From: Candidatus Tayloriibacteriota bacterium
GTDB lineage: Bacteria > Patescibacteriota > Minisyncoccia > Phycocordibacterales > PALSA-1337
DNA: 57,753 bases
Direction of reading: 5' to 3'
Assembly: GCA_903893855.1 (NCBI GenBank)
Contig: CAITNV010000008.1
Coordinates: forward strand, 1 to 57,753
Below are positions 1-9,879 of the stretch, in pieces (the stretch's first letter is position 1; each line of letters starts with the position of its first letter). A program made the position numbers and the translations under genes. The notes beneath the pieces are model-generated. The model was not told the origin of the DNA, made no database searches, and worked only from the letters and a program-made list of their open reading frames with translations.

Positions 1-5
1 ACGAA

Positions 6-815
6 GTGGACCTACCGAATTGGAAAAAAGCCACACTCACAGCCGACAATACGAAAATCCCCTGTCTGCCCACAGGATTAACATCGGGAACAATCACGAA
101 CGGTTTTGCCATTACAAGTTCCCTCATTTCCTCTCGATACTTTCTTGACACTCCGCACATTAACTTCAACCCCTGCTGCAGCACAATCTCTCGTGCCAAT
201 TTCTCAAAAGCCCCTTCCATTGCAGTATCGAGAAATTCACTCGCAGCAATATTCAAAGCCCGAAAAGTAAACGCCAAAATCACCGTCACGAAGAAGAAAA
301 CCAAAACCTATCAAATCCTCGTCGGCAATAGAAAAAACCCAAAGGCTATATTGTTTTCACACTTCGATTCAATAGGCACCGGAGCCGTTGACAATGCCAC
401 GGGCACAGCCTTAATGCTTGATAAAATAATCAAAGAACCGACAACTCTCAAGAATAATTTATTCGTCTTTGATGGTAATGAAGAATTATCGTATGATTTT
501 CCAACCTACTGGGGCAAAGGCTATAGGAATTTCGAGCAAAAATATGCGCGGCAATTACGCGCCGCAAACAAAATCGTCGTGGTTGATTGTATCGGCTATG
601 CACCGACCGAGATTTATTCAGCAAAAAACGCTGCATCAATAATCAATCTCGCTTTCCCAATTAAAAACATCGCAGACCTTGCGACAAAAACATACCTCGT
701 AACCTCAGATTACGATTCACTTATGAATGTTTACCACTCAGACAAAGATAATGGCCGTAATATCAAAGAGCTGTTCCTACGACAAGCGTATGAACGACTC
801 AATGATTTCCTTTAA
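6..815 (+). CDS. M28-family metallopeptidase (probably 5'-truncated by the window edge)
   Basis: M28 zinc-ligand motifs in order: [28 protein letters not shown]. The frame is open back to the window start. Confidence 0.75.
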   Translation: MDLPNWKKATLTADNTKIPCLPTGLTSGTITNGFAITSSLISSRYFLDTPHINFNPCCSTISRANFSKAPSIAVSRNSLAAIFKARKVNAKITVTKKKTKTYQILVGNRKNPKAILFSHFDSIGTGAVDNATGTALMLDKIIKEPTTLKNNLFVFDGNEELSYDFPTYWGKGYRNFEQKYARQLRAANKIVVVDCIGYAPTEIYSAKNAASIINLAFPIKNIADLATKTYLVTSDYDSLMNVYHSDKDNGRNIKELFLRQAYERLNDFL

Positions 816-2026
816 TAATTTCTCAGGCGATTGATCTTATCGTGCTGGCGGATCTTATCATGAGCTTTCGCTTCGATCTGGCGAATTCGCTCGCGAGTGA
901 CGGCGAATTCTTTACCGACCTCTTCAAGGGTATGCGTTACACCATCGAGAAGTCCAGCGCGCATTTCGAGAATCTTTCGTTCCTTTGGCGAAAGGTCGTC
1001 GAGGATTTCTTTAATTTGATCTGAGAGAATTCTTCGTGACGATTCCTGATCTGGTGAAAGAATCTTATCATCAGAGATGAAGTCACCGAGAGTTGATTTA
1101 CCATCATCGTTATCATCACCGACCGGACTTTCGAGTGACACCACATCTTGGTCAATCTTCTCGATATTATAAACCTTATCCACATCAAGTCCCATCTCAG
1201 TTGCAATCTCCTCTGGTAATGGATCACGGCCGAGGTCTTGGGTAAGACGTCGCACTACTTGCTTGTACTTGGCAATTGTCTCCACCATATGCACCGGAAC
1301 ACGAATGGTTCGTGATTGATCGGCGAGTGCTCGAGTAATAGCCTGACGAATCCACCATGTTGCGTAGGTTGAGAATTTGAAACCCTTTGACCAGTCGAAT
1401 TTATCGACAGCTTTAAAGAGACCTAGATTACCCTCTTGAATGAGATCGAGAAGTGTAAGATCCGGTGAGCGACCGACGTATTTCTTAGCGATCGACACTA
1501 CGAGTCGGAGGTTCGCACGAGCGAGAAGATTCTTGGCTTCTTTATCCCCTGCGGCAATTCGCTTCGCCAAATCCTTCTCAGTTCCACCAGAGATAAGTGG
1601 ATACTGTCCAATCTCTTTCAAATACATCTGGATAGAATCGTATGAAGAATCGCCACGTGAAGATCCATAGCTGTACTTCTTCGCAGGAGCATGTTCAGGT
1701 TCCACTTCGAGAAGTCCTCCACCTTCAAGCACGTCAATACCTGCACCCGAGAGCTTGGTATAGAGATCATCAAGATTACTAATGTCCTGTTCGATATCAG
1801 GAAATTCTTTCAAAATCTCATCGAACGTAACGAAACCGCGCTCACGACCCTTAACAAGGAGTCGATTGGCTTTGGTTTGGAATTCTTTTGCAGCACCAGT
1901 GACTACTTTGCCAGTTTTTTTGGCAGCCTTTGGAGACTTGGCAGTTTTAGCCTTTGGAGCTTTAGCTTTTGTTTTGGTTTTTGTTTTCACAGTTATTTTA
2001 TTTTTTTTAATTTTCTTAGTAGGCAT
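812..2026 (-). CDS. rpoD: RNA polymerase primary sigma-70 factor
   Basis: [64 protein letters not shown]; Lys/Ala-rich N-terminal tail; follows dnaG. Confidence 0.97.
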   Translation of the reverse strand: MPTKKIKKNKITVKTKTKTKAKAPKAKTAKSPKAAKKTGKVVTGAAKEFQTKANRLLVKGRERGFVTFDEILKEFPDIEQDISNLDDLYTKLSGAGIDVLEGGGLLEVEPEHAPAKKYSYGSSRGDSSYDSIQMYLKEIGQYPLISGGTEKDLAKRIAAGDKEAKNLLARANLRLVVSIAKKYVGRSPDLTLLDLIQEGNLGLFKAVDKFDWSKGFKFSTYATWWIRQAITRALADQSRTIRVPVHMVETIAKYKQVVRRLTQDLGRDPLPEEIATEMGLDVDKVYNIEKIDQDVVSLESPVGDDNDDGKSTLGDFISDDKILSPDQESSRRILSDQIKEILDDLSPKERKILEMRAGLLDGVTHTLEEVGKEFAVTRERIRQIEAKAHDKIRQHDKINRLRNY

Positions 2027-2063
2027 GTCATTTATTATTAGTTAATAAATATATAAATAGCCT

Positions 2064-4055
2064 TTAACCTCTTCGTTGCTTGACGATATCGGCTATGCGA
2101 ACAGAATATTTTTGACACTGGGCAAGTAATTCTTGCGCTTTATGTCCCTCTTTTTTTCGCTCAAGATCAGAAAGTTGCGCCATTGCGACCGCAAAATCTT
2201 TCCGTAATATATCTTCTTCGAAATTAAGAAGTAATTCGTCGAGTTGTTTTTTGATACGCGTTTGCATGTCTGCATCCTGCGCACCGGAGCCGAAAAATAG
2301 CTCGGCTTCTCCAATAAGTTCGTCTTTCGACGATTCTACTTGCTGTATTAAATTGTTGTACCTCTCCTCACCGGCAATCTTCCTAACGGCAGCAGTATAG
2401 CTGTCAACGTCGAGGGTGATTAAAGAATCCGTGTGGCCCTTCTCTTGGGCAATGTATGCGAGAAGCCCAAATAATTTCCTTGTAATAATATCAAGGTGGG
2501 ACCTCTCTGCATTGGGCAAGATTGTACCATTTGTTGAGTTGGTTTGTCCAGCGTTGCCATCGTTCTTAGCGTCGCCTCTTGGGTCTGTTTTAACGTGTTG
2601 TTTTGAAAGATATTCTCTTTGCGCAACTGCAATATCCTCCCAAATCACCGCTTCATTCTCGGCGTTTCCAAGTGCTCGTTCGCGCACCATTTTTACATAT
2701 TGAGCTTGAGCGCTTCGACTCGCAAGCATAGCAATAAATGGGTAGACTTTAACCTTCAAAAGTGCCGGAACTTTCCTCTGATCGAGCTTATTATCCGCAA
2801 CCTCCGCCATCACACGATCAAGTTGGAATTCTACAACGGGTTTCGCATGACGAAGCGCATCCTTCCAAGACTCGGGGTTCGCAAGAACCATATCAGCTGG
2901 ATCAGCTCCTTCTGGAAGGTCAGCAATCTTCACATCCATTCCAAGAGAAAGGGCAATCTCAGCGGATCGCATAGCAGCCTTTCGTCCTGCTGAGTCAGAA
3001 TCGAAAGCGAGGATAAGATTGTCGGACAAACGTCTCACGATACCCAGATTATTCACCACGCCCTCTTTCGACAAAGTATCTGCAAGAGCGGTACCAGAAA
3101 CTGCCACAGTATTTTTAATCCCCGCTTGATGCGAAAGAACGAGGTCCATTTGTCCTTCCACGAATATCGTATAGCCACGCTCGCGAATGGCTTGCTTGGC
3201 TTTGTCGATACCATAGAGCACCGTGGACTTATTGTAGAGAGGTGTATCTGGGCTGTTTAAATACTTTGCAGCGACAATTGTCGAGGCACTGCTTGATCCG
3301 TTCGCACCGTTTGCCCCATCAGACTTCTTATCATGTAAAATCCTCCCCGAGAAAGCGATGACTCGTCCCGAAGAATCAGATATTGGGAACATTACCCTGT
3401 CACGGAAACGATCGTAGAGCGAAGCCTGAGTCTTACCTTCTGCTGCTTCTGGCCTTTTGGCGAGCCCTGCTTTCTCTATCTCTGCATCGCTATATCCTTT
3501 AGCCTTCAAATGTGTGTACAATAACCGCCACTCCTCTGGTACAAATCCAATACGAAATTCTTTCACTGTAACATCAGTGATGCCACGTTTCGCTACATAT
3601 TCTCGAGCTTCGCGAGACGCAACGCTGTATATAGAATGATCAGATATTCGAGGCACTTGCCCCGCCAAATTCTCTTCAAAAAAGACCGTAGCCTCCTCCA
3701 TGATCGCATACATACGTTCTTTCTCAGTTTTAACCTTCGCATAGTCCGCTTCACGAAAGCCTTCGCGATTCTTTGAAATATCCACTCCCGCGCGCTCAGC
3801 AAGAAGCTTAAGCGCACCCATAAAGTCCAATCCTTCGAACTGTTCGACGAAAGAGAAAATATCGCCTTTCGCTCCACAACCAAAACAAAAATACCCTCCC
3901 CGCTCCGGAGACACGTAGAAGCTCGGCGTCTTCTCATTGTGAAATGGGCAGCGTGCTTTCAAGCTCTTTCCTGAACGCTCGAGCTTAACATATGAGCCAA
4001 TAACGTCTTCGATAGGAAGTCGTTCTTTGATCTGTTCAACGGGTGTATTCGGCAT
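2064..4055 (-). CDS. dnaG: DNA primase
   Basis: CHC2 zinc finger (CPFHNEKTPSF..CFGC), KYLNSPDT, Toprim VEGQMD and FDSD. Start moved to MPNTP (ATG 4055), which has an extended -10 box 7 nt upstream. Confidence 0.97.
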   Translation of the reverse strand: MPNTPVEQIKERLPIEDVIGSYVKLERSGKSLKARCPFHNEKTPSFYVSPERGGYFCFGCGAKGDIFSFVEQFEGLDFMGALKLLAERAGVDISKNREGFREADYAKVKTEKERMYAIMEEATVFFEENLAGQVPRISDHSIYSVASREAREYVAKRGITDVTVKEFRIGFVPEEWRLLYTHLKAKGYSDAEIEKAGLAKRPEAAEGKTQASLYDRFRDRVMFPISDSSGRVIAFSGRILHDKKSDGANGANGSSSASTIVAAKYLNSPDTPLYNKSTVLYGIDKAKQAIRERGYTIFVEGQMDLVLSHQAGIKNTVAVSGTALADTLSKEGVVNNLGIVRRLSDNLILAFDSDSAGRKAAMRSAEIALSLGMDVKIADLPEGADPADMVLANPESWKDALRHAKPVVEFQLDRVMAEVADNKLDQRKVPALLKVKVYPFIAMLASRSAQAQYVKMVRERALGNAENEAVIWEDIAVAQREYLSKQHVKTDPRGDAKNDGNAGQTNSTNGTILPNAERSHLDIITRKLFGLLAYIAQEKGHTDSLITLDVDSYTAAVRKIAGEERYNNLIQQVESSKDELIGEAELFFGSGAQDADMQTRIKKQLDELLLNFEEDILRKDFAVAMAQLSDLERKKEGHKAQELLAQCQKYSVRIADIVKQRRG

Positions 4056-4062
4056 TAAACCT

Positions 4063-4071
4063 AGTATAACA
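4063..4071 (-). promoter_or_regulatory. Extended -10 element (TGT-TATACT) 7 nt upstream of the dnaG ATG; leaderless-type promoter
   Basis: Minus strand reads TGT TATACT aggttta ATG. Confidence 0.65.
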
Positions 4072-4089
4072 GATTCGCTAAATAAAGTA

Positions 4090-4920
4090 TTAAATGGGCT
4101 CGGTATACACCCGCATCGTATCAATAGAACCAAGAATATTGTCCCCATGACAGTCTCCGCCTACACAGAATGCATATAGGGCTGAACCCAAATGCTCTGG
4201 CAGGACATATTCACTCGAGCTCGCTACTTCATGACCATTAATATAAATCCCTACCGTGCCCGTCTCCTGACCTTGTGGAATATTCCACGATACCGCAACA
4301 TGCGTCCACACGCCGAGGTAAATATGCGGATCGATGTCGGTCTGGAGCTGCTTGCCATAACCACCTCCATTCCAGTCGAGTTCAATAAATTTACCTGTTG
4401 TGCCCGTATCGAGAACGCAGAACTGCGCATAGGTATCGAGCTCGCCATTATTACAAAATATTCCACTTCCTGATGGAACCTTAAGGTTAAGCCAAAAAGA
4501 AATGCTCCCCTTATGTGGGTCGAAGGTAGTAAGCGTCGTGCTGGCTGGAACATCAACCGTTCCACCCTTAAGCGTGATGGCTGAATTCCCTTGTCGAGCA
4601 TCCGTCGTAGACGCCCACAAAACTGTTGGATCATTAGCTAAAGCAATTGTACTTCTATTATCCGAACCATCACGAGTCGCCTTACCCATACCTTCATCAA
4701 AATTCCACAAAGCAACCGCTTGATATCCAAAGTTATGATACAAACTCGCTTCAAAAAGCTCCGCTCCTGCATTGACCGCCTTTTGCCTAACGCTCGAAAA
4801 GGTCACCGATACTATCGTCGTCAAAATTCCAATTATTGCCATGGCAACAAGAAGCTCGATGAGGCTGAAGCCTTTTTGCCCTGCATTTTTAAAATATTTT
4901 TTCTGCATTTTACTTTTCAT
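4090..4920 (-). CDS. Type IV pilin-like protein with C-terminal LamG/concanavalin A-like domain
   Basis: Class III signal KG|FSLIELLVAMAIIGIL; LamG features LWNFDEG, GSISFW, WTHVAVSW, IYINGHEV, GSIDTMRVY. Confidence 0.85.
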   Translation of the reverse strand: MKSKMQKKYFKNAGQKGFSLIELLVAMAIIGILTTIVSVTFSSVRQKAVNAGAELFEASLYHNFGYQAVALWNFDEGMGKATRDGSDNRSTIALANDPTVLWASTTDARQGNSAITLKGGTVDVPASTTLTTFDPHKGSISFWLNLKVPSGSGIFCNNGELDTYAQFCVLDTGTTGKFIELDWNGGGYGKQLQTDIDPHIYLGVWTHVAVSWNIPQGQETGTVGIYINGHEVASSSEYVLPEHLGSALYAFCVGGDCHGDNILGSIDTMRVYTEPI

Positions 4921-4967
4921 ATTTGTTTAGTCATTGTAAACATGCACCGCATATGCGCACAAGAAAA

Positions 4968-5001
4968 AATGCATAAAAAACTTATATGGATTTTATGCAT
5001 T
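4968..5001. repeat. Perfect 11-bp inverted repeat with 12-nt spacer
   Basis: AATGCATAAAA (4968-4978) and TTTTATGCATT (4991-5001), upstream of the pilin-like gene. Confidence 0.6.
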
Positions 5002-5037
5002 ATTTAATATATTTTTATTTTAATATGCTTACATATA

Positions 5038-5073
5038 TAAAAAGAAGCAGCGTATGAATAAATTCATACGCTG
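5038..5073 (-). terminator. Intrinsic terminator downstream of the 220-aa gene
   Basis: CAGCGTATGAAT / ATTCATACGCTG 12-bp inverted repeat, followed on the minus strand by CTTCTTTTT. Confidence 0.75.
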
Positions 5074-5122
5074 TGAACCAACACTCAAGATTCTATAGAC
5101 AAAACGCGAACCATGCCAAGAA

Positions 5123-5785
5123 TCAAGGAGTCAACGGCTGAGCAACCTTCTTTCTGACGATCAAAAAAGAATTACTCTTGTGCCATTTCTTGACCCACGG
5201 ATGGAGGTCGACGCATCGCAAACCATGACGTGCGTCGAGGCAGGGTACATACTGGGTTCTATCAATAACTCCGACACTCCCCAACGATACAATCGGATTT
5301 CTTCGTTGATCATCGGGGTGGTATTTCCCGTACGTCAACAAGTGCTCTATCCCAGCCAGTTGCCACGGTCCACCTGTATTGAAGTCTACTAGACTAGACG
5401 AAACTTCTTCCGAAAAAACGTCTTCAGCAAACTGAATTACCCTAAACTCCCATTCATCCGTAGTCACGGAGCTAAACGGAAAATTTTTTTGATTGATCCT
5501 CCGGTCGAATATGCCCAACATGCAACCGTCAATCATGTCAGAGCAAGACAAGGAACCGTCTACAATATGCGTCACAATCGCACAGACAGTTCGACCAACT
5601 TTCGTCACCCAACAAGCATCCTTTCGGAGAAATGCTTTGAGCATCTTCCACCAAACATCCCCATCCTGGGAACTAAGTTTGGCGAACAGATCCCTGAGGA
5701 TACCGATGGTTGGTTTTGCGTCCGCACCAACAATCTGGTCGAGTGACTCGAGCAGATTTGCCAACATTCCGAGCATGATTTTCAT
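5123..5785 (-). CDS. Hypothetical protein; resembles a CPR family with possible C-type-lectin-like C-terminus
   Basis: 220-aa ORF with SD-like AAAGGA, its own promoter and its own terminator. Motifs LKAFLRKDACW, INQKNFP, LLTYGKYHPDDQRRNPIVSLGS, VPCL and FLIVRK resemble a Parcubacteria family recalled from memory (not searched). Confidence 0.7.
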   Translation of the reverse strand: MKIMLGMLANLLESLDQIVGADAKPTIGILRDLFAKLSSQDGDVWWKMLKAFLRKDACWVTKVGRTVCAIVTHIVDGSLSCSDMIDGCMLGIFDRRINQKNFPFSSVTTDEWEFRVIQFAEDVFSEEVSSSLVDFNTGGPWQLAGIEHLLTYGKYHPDDQRRNPIVSLGSVGVIDRTQYVPCLDARHGLRCVDLHPWVKKWHKSNSFLIVRKKVAQPLTP

Positions 5786-5946
5786 GGTCAGATTTCCTTT
5801 CGTTGCCGACTAATTAAAGTCAGCGTGGTTTATTGCACCGAAGCTAGAGGGCTACCTTATCGCCATAGCTTAGAAAATGCCCACATTTGAGCAGCTTTTA
5901 AGCTATGGCGACGTTCGTAATTAATTGGAAAAGAGCCGGAGTAATT
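5786..5946 (-). ncRNA. Candidate structured 5' leader / cis-regulatory RNA
   Basis: 13-bp perfect stem 5860-5872/5899-5911, extended by G-U-containing inner stems; second hairpin at 5805-5824 before the SD. Confidence 0.45.
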
Positions 5947-5952
5947 TGTATC

Positions 5953-5980
5953 ATTATATCATATTATACACATATGTCAA
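5953..5980 (-). promoter_or_regulatory. Consensus sigma-70 promoter
   Basis: TTGACA-16 nt-TATAAT with a TG extension on the minus strand. Confidence 0.8.
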
Positions 5981-6016
5981 CAACAAAAAACCGCCCTATT
6001 GAGCGGTTTTTTGTTG
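5981..6016. terminator. Bidirectional intrinsic terminator after rpoC
   Basis: CAACAAAAAACCGC / GCGGTTTTTTGTTG inverted repeat, giving a U-tract on both strands. Confidence 0.85.
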
Positions 6017-6050
6017 CGATTTCGCAAGCTTTAGATTAGGAATGCTAATC

Positions 6051-9000
6051 TTATCGATCCATCCCATCAAACTCTTCCGCCTGTGGCTTGACCTTCTCGA
6101 TCATATTCCACTTAGGGCTACCCTTGAAACCGGTACCTGCAGGAATAAGTCGTCCGATGATGACATTTTCCATAAGGCCGACCAAGTTGTCTTGGCTACC
6201 TCGAACTGCATTGTTGATAAGAATACGAGTAGTATGCTGGAAGGACGCTGCTGCAAGGAAGCTCTTACGTGAGAGTGACACTTCAGTGATACCCATGGCG
6301 ATAGCTTCTACCTTAGCCTCTGCACCACCTGCCTTTACCGCTGCTTCATTCTCTTCAACGAGATTGCTTTCGCTTACAACTTCACCCTTTGAAAGGCTTG
6401 TTGTACCGCCGTCAACCACTTCGTATCGTGAGAACATTTGCTTTACGATAATCTCGATGTGCTTTCGGGCTACCGTCTCTCCCTGAAGTTCGTAAATCTT
6501 TCCTACTTCAGTAATAACGTATTCCTTTGCCTTCTCCTTTCCACCATACTTGAAGACTTCTTCAATATCAGCAGAACCATCAGTAATGAGATCTCCCTTC
6601 TTTACAATGTCACCAACTTTAACAAGTGGCATACGCTTGTAATGGAAGACGAATTCAATCTCATGTGAAGCACCTTTACCAAGCCCTGCTTCACCCATCG
6701 TAGTTGAATCCGCTCGTTCTAGATCTGCGCTCGCAATAGCTGCAGCCTTCTTGCTAACACGCTTTGCCTTTGGCTTCTCATATGCTTCAGCAAGCATTTT
6801 GATAACCTTCTCCTTTCCAAGATCTCGAACTTCGGTAACAACACCATCGTGTGTTGCAATAACCGCTGGATTCTTTGGACGTCGCTTCTCGAAGACTTCT
6901 TCAACTCGAGGAAGACCTTGTGTAATGTCTCCGCCAACCGAAGCGGCACCTCCAGAGTGGAATGTTCGCATCGTAAGCTGTGTTCCCGGTTCACCGATAG
7001 CCTGTGCTGCCACAGTTCCAACTGCTTCACCGAGTTCTACAAGAGCATTCTTACCTAGGTCGCTACCGTAACATGCTGCACATACACCTCGTACGCTTTC
7101 ACACGCAAGTGGTGAACGAACTGCAATCTCAGTAACACCCGCTTCTTCAATAGAAAGCGCTTCTGCCTTTGTAAGGAGATGTCCTCTCTTAAAGAGCACT
7201 TCGCCCTTAGCGTTGACCACATCAGCTGCGAGGATTCGACCACGAATATTCTTAGAAATTGGAATCTGCATATCAGATGACAATTGCTTCTTAATCGTGA
7301 TTGAAGACTTCGTACCGCAATCATCTTCAACAACCATAACATCCTGCGCTACAACGAAGAGTTTTCGTGTTAGATAACCAGCCTTTGCTGTGTTAAGCGC
7401 TGTGTCAGTAAGACCCTTTCGAGAACCGTGAGTTGTAATGAAGTATTCAATCGGTGTAAGACCCTCTTTAGAACATGAAAGAATTGGGAACTCAATTGTC
7501 TCACCAGATGTTGATGAAATAAGTCCTTTCATACCGGCCATAGCAGTAATCTGTGCGAGGGATCCTCGAGCTCCAGATGTAATCAAGTCGTATACAGATC
7601 CCATTTTATTAAGAGATTCTGGAATGATCTTCTCCACTTCGCTTTTCGCTCGGTGCCAGATCTCAACATTCTTTCGAAGTCGCTCTTCTTCAGTAAGGAG
7701 ACCTTCATTGAACTGTCCCATGACAAGCTCTGATTCAGCCTTCGACTTTGTAACAATAGCAGCTTTACCCTTTGGAATTACGATGTCATCAATACCCCAT
7801 GTAGTTCCAGAAACAGTTGTGTATTTGAAACCGAATTGTTTGATACGATCAAGAATCGGCTGAAGCTTATCAATACCTTCAAGTGTGATGATATCGTCAA
7901 TAATAGCTCCCAAACGATTTCGGTTAATTTCTTTGTTGATAAATGGATAGTTTGCAGGAAGCACATCGTTAAATAGGATACGTCCGACGGTTGTCTCGAA
8001 CAATTTACCCTCAAACTGGCTGTACTTTGCTGTGTATTTACCATCATCGTCATTGGCATGTGGAGGAAGTACTTTAATCTTCGCTCGAAGACCAATAGCA
8101 CCGTAGCTGTTCGCAGTAATAGCTGCAGTAGGATTTTCAAAAATCTTACCTTCGCCTACATCGCCAACAACATTCTTTGTAATCCAGAAACATCCAAGCA
8201 CGATATCAAGAAGCTTTGCGACCACAGTAGGATCTCCGTTTCCAGGCTTGAGAATGTTCTTATCAGAAGCCATGATTTCTCGCGCTTCTGTCTGAGCTTC
8301 AACTCCAAGTGGAACGTGAACAGCCATCTGGTCACCGTCGAAGTCGGCATTGAACGCTGTACATACGAGGGGGTGAACCTGAATAGCATTACCTTCAATA
8401 AGAGTTGGTCGGAAAGCCTGAATACCAAGTCGGTGAAGTGTAGGAGCGCGGTTTAGGAGCACGTATTTATCCTTAATAACTTCTTCGAGAATACTCCAAA
8501 CTTCTGGAGCTCCATCGTCGATAAGTCGGCCTGCTCCACGAATGTTATATGCAAGCTCTCTTTTCAAAAGACCAGAAATAACGAAAGGTCGGAAAAGCTC
8601 AAGTGCCATATGCTTTGGAAGACCGCACTGATGAAGGGCTAGTTCAGGACCTACGACGATAACTGATCGTCCAGAATAGTCTACTCGCTTACCGAGGAGA
8701 TTCTGTCGGAAGAGACCTCGCTTAGACTTCAAGTTATCAGAAAGTGACTTAAGTGCACGCTTCTGAGCCTGAGCTGCTGCAGCACCTGTAGCTGCACCAT
8801 GGCGAATGCTATTGTCGATAAGAGCGTCAACAGCTTCCTGAAGAATTCTTTTTTCGTTTCGTAGAATTACGTCTGGAGCATTAATCTCGCGAAGTTTCAA
8901 GAGACGATTGTTACGATTAATAACTCGTCGGTAAAGATCGTTAACGTCTGATGTTGCGTATCGTCCTCCTTCAAGAGCAACCATCGGTCGAAGCGCTGGA

Positions 9001-9851
9001 GGAATAACTGGAATTCGTGTAAGGAACATCCATTCAGGACGTACACCTGATTTGATCATTGACTTAATGAGTGAAAGTCTTTTGTCGAGCTTCTCGCTAT
9101 CAAGAGCGCTTGATTTCTCAAGTGCTTTCTCAAGCTTCTCTGCAAGCTTTTTCAAATCAGTCTTTTTCAAAACTTCATAGACAGCCTCAGCTCCGATTGA
9201 CGCTTCAAAAAGCGAACCGTATTTCATGCTGTACTTATGGTATGCCACTTCATCCATAACAAGTCCTTCTTCAAGACTTTCGATCTCCTGACGAGCTGCA
9301 GTAACGAGGCCTTTAAGAGCTTCTTTAGTCTTCTCATCGTTAGCACTTTTAACCTTGCTTTTGAATTCGCTATCGAGTTGCTTTAGAATCTTCTCTTTCT
9401 CTTCTTCAAATACCTTTGTAACAAGATATCCAGCGAAATAGACAACCTTCTCAAGGTCTCCTGTTGTCATACCCATAATAAGACCTACACGTGAAGGCAT
9501 AGAACGGAGGAACCAGATGTGAGATACAGGAACTGCAAGTTCAATATGACCCATGCGTTCTCGGCGTACGATTGAGCGAGTGATTTCAACTCCGCACTTC
9601 TCACAAATAATACCCTTATATCGAATACCTCGATATTTACCGCAATAACACTCAAAGTCACGATCTGGACCGAAGATTTTCTCATCGAAAAGACCGCTCT
9701 TCTCTGAACGCTGAGTACGATAGTTAATAGTCTCTGGCTTTGTGATCTCACCGAATGACCAATCGAGAATTCTCTCAGGTGATGCGACGTTTAGAGTAAT
9801 AGCATCAAAGTCCTGTGGATCCATCATTTTTCTAGCTTGTGAATTATTCAT
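6051..9851 (-). CDS. rpoC: RNA polymerase beta' subunit
   Basis: Catalytic NADFDGD, zinc ribbon CYCGKY..CEKC, GKRVDYSGRSVI, GEPGTQLTMRTFH. Confidence 0.99.
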   Translation of the reverse strand: MNNSQARKMMDPQDFDAITLNVASPERILDWSFGEITKPETINYRTQRSEKSGLFDEKIFGPDRDFECYCGKYRGIRYKGIICEKCGVEITRSIVRRERMGHIELAVPVSHIWFLRSMPSRVGLIMGMTTGDLEKVVYFAGYLVTKVFEEEKEKILKQLDSEFKSKVKSANDEKTKEALKGLVTAARQEIESLEEGLVMDEVAYHKYSMKYGSLFEASIGAEAVYEVLKKTDLKKLAEKLEKALEKSSALDSEKLDKRLSLIKSMIKSGVRPEWMFLTRIPVIPPALRPMVALEGGRYATSDVNDLYRRVINRNNRLLKLREINAPDVILRNEKRILQEAVDALIDNSIRHGAATGAAAAQAQKRALKSLSDNLKSKRGLFRQNLLGKRVDYSGRSVIVVGPELALHQCGLPKHMALELFRPFVISGLLKRELAYNIRGAGRLIDDGAPEVWSILEEVIKDKYVLLNRAPTLHRLGIQAFRPTLIEGNAIQVHPLVCTAFNADFDGDQMAVHVPLGVEAQTEAREIMASDKNILKPGNGDPTVVAKLLDIVLGCFWITKNVVGDVGEGKIFENPTAAITANSYGAIGLRAKIKVLPPHANDDDGKYTAKYSQFEGKLFETTVGRILFNDVLPANYPFINKEINRNRLGAIIDDIITLEGIDKLQPILDRIKQFGFKYTTVSGTTWGIDDIVIPKGKAAIVTKSKAESELVMGQFNEGLLTEEERLRKNVEIWHRAKSEVEKIIPESLNKMGSVYDLITSGARGSLAQITAMAGMKGLISSTSGETIEFPILSCSKEGLTPIEYFITTHGSRKGLTDTALNTAKAGYLTRKLFVVAQDVMVVEDDCGTKSSITIKKQLSSDMQIPISKNIRGRILAADVVNAKGEVLFKRGHLLTKAEALSIEEAGVTEIAVRSPLACESVRGVCAACYGSDLGKNALVELGEAVGTVAAQAIGEPGTQLTMRTFHSGGAASVGGDITQGLPRVEEVFEKRRPKNPAVIATHDGVVTEVRDLGKEKVIKMLAEAYEKPKAKRVSKKAAAIASADLERADSTTMGEAGLGKGASHEIEFVFHYKRMPLVKVGDIVKKGDLITDGSADIEEVFKYGGKEKAKEYVITEVGKIYELQGETVARKHIEIIVKQMFSRYEVVDGGTTSLSKGEVVSESNLVEENEAAVKAGGAEAKVEAIAMGITEVSLSRKSFLAAASFQHTTRILINNAVRGSQDNLVGLMENVIIGRLIPAGTGFKGSPKWNMIEKVKPQAEEFDGMDR

Positions 9852-9879
9852 ATATTTTTATTATATTTGATGCTAATAA

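Noticed and set aside
1176..1184. Second TTATCCACA DnaA-box match
   Set aside because: It lies inside the rpoD coding sequence and is explained by the codons for DVDK.
4921..5122. AT-rich intergenic region as oriC
   Set aside because: No DnaA-box cluster and no dnaA/dnaN nearby.
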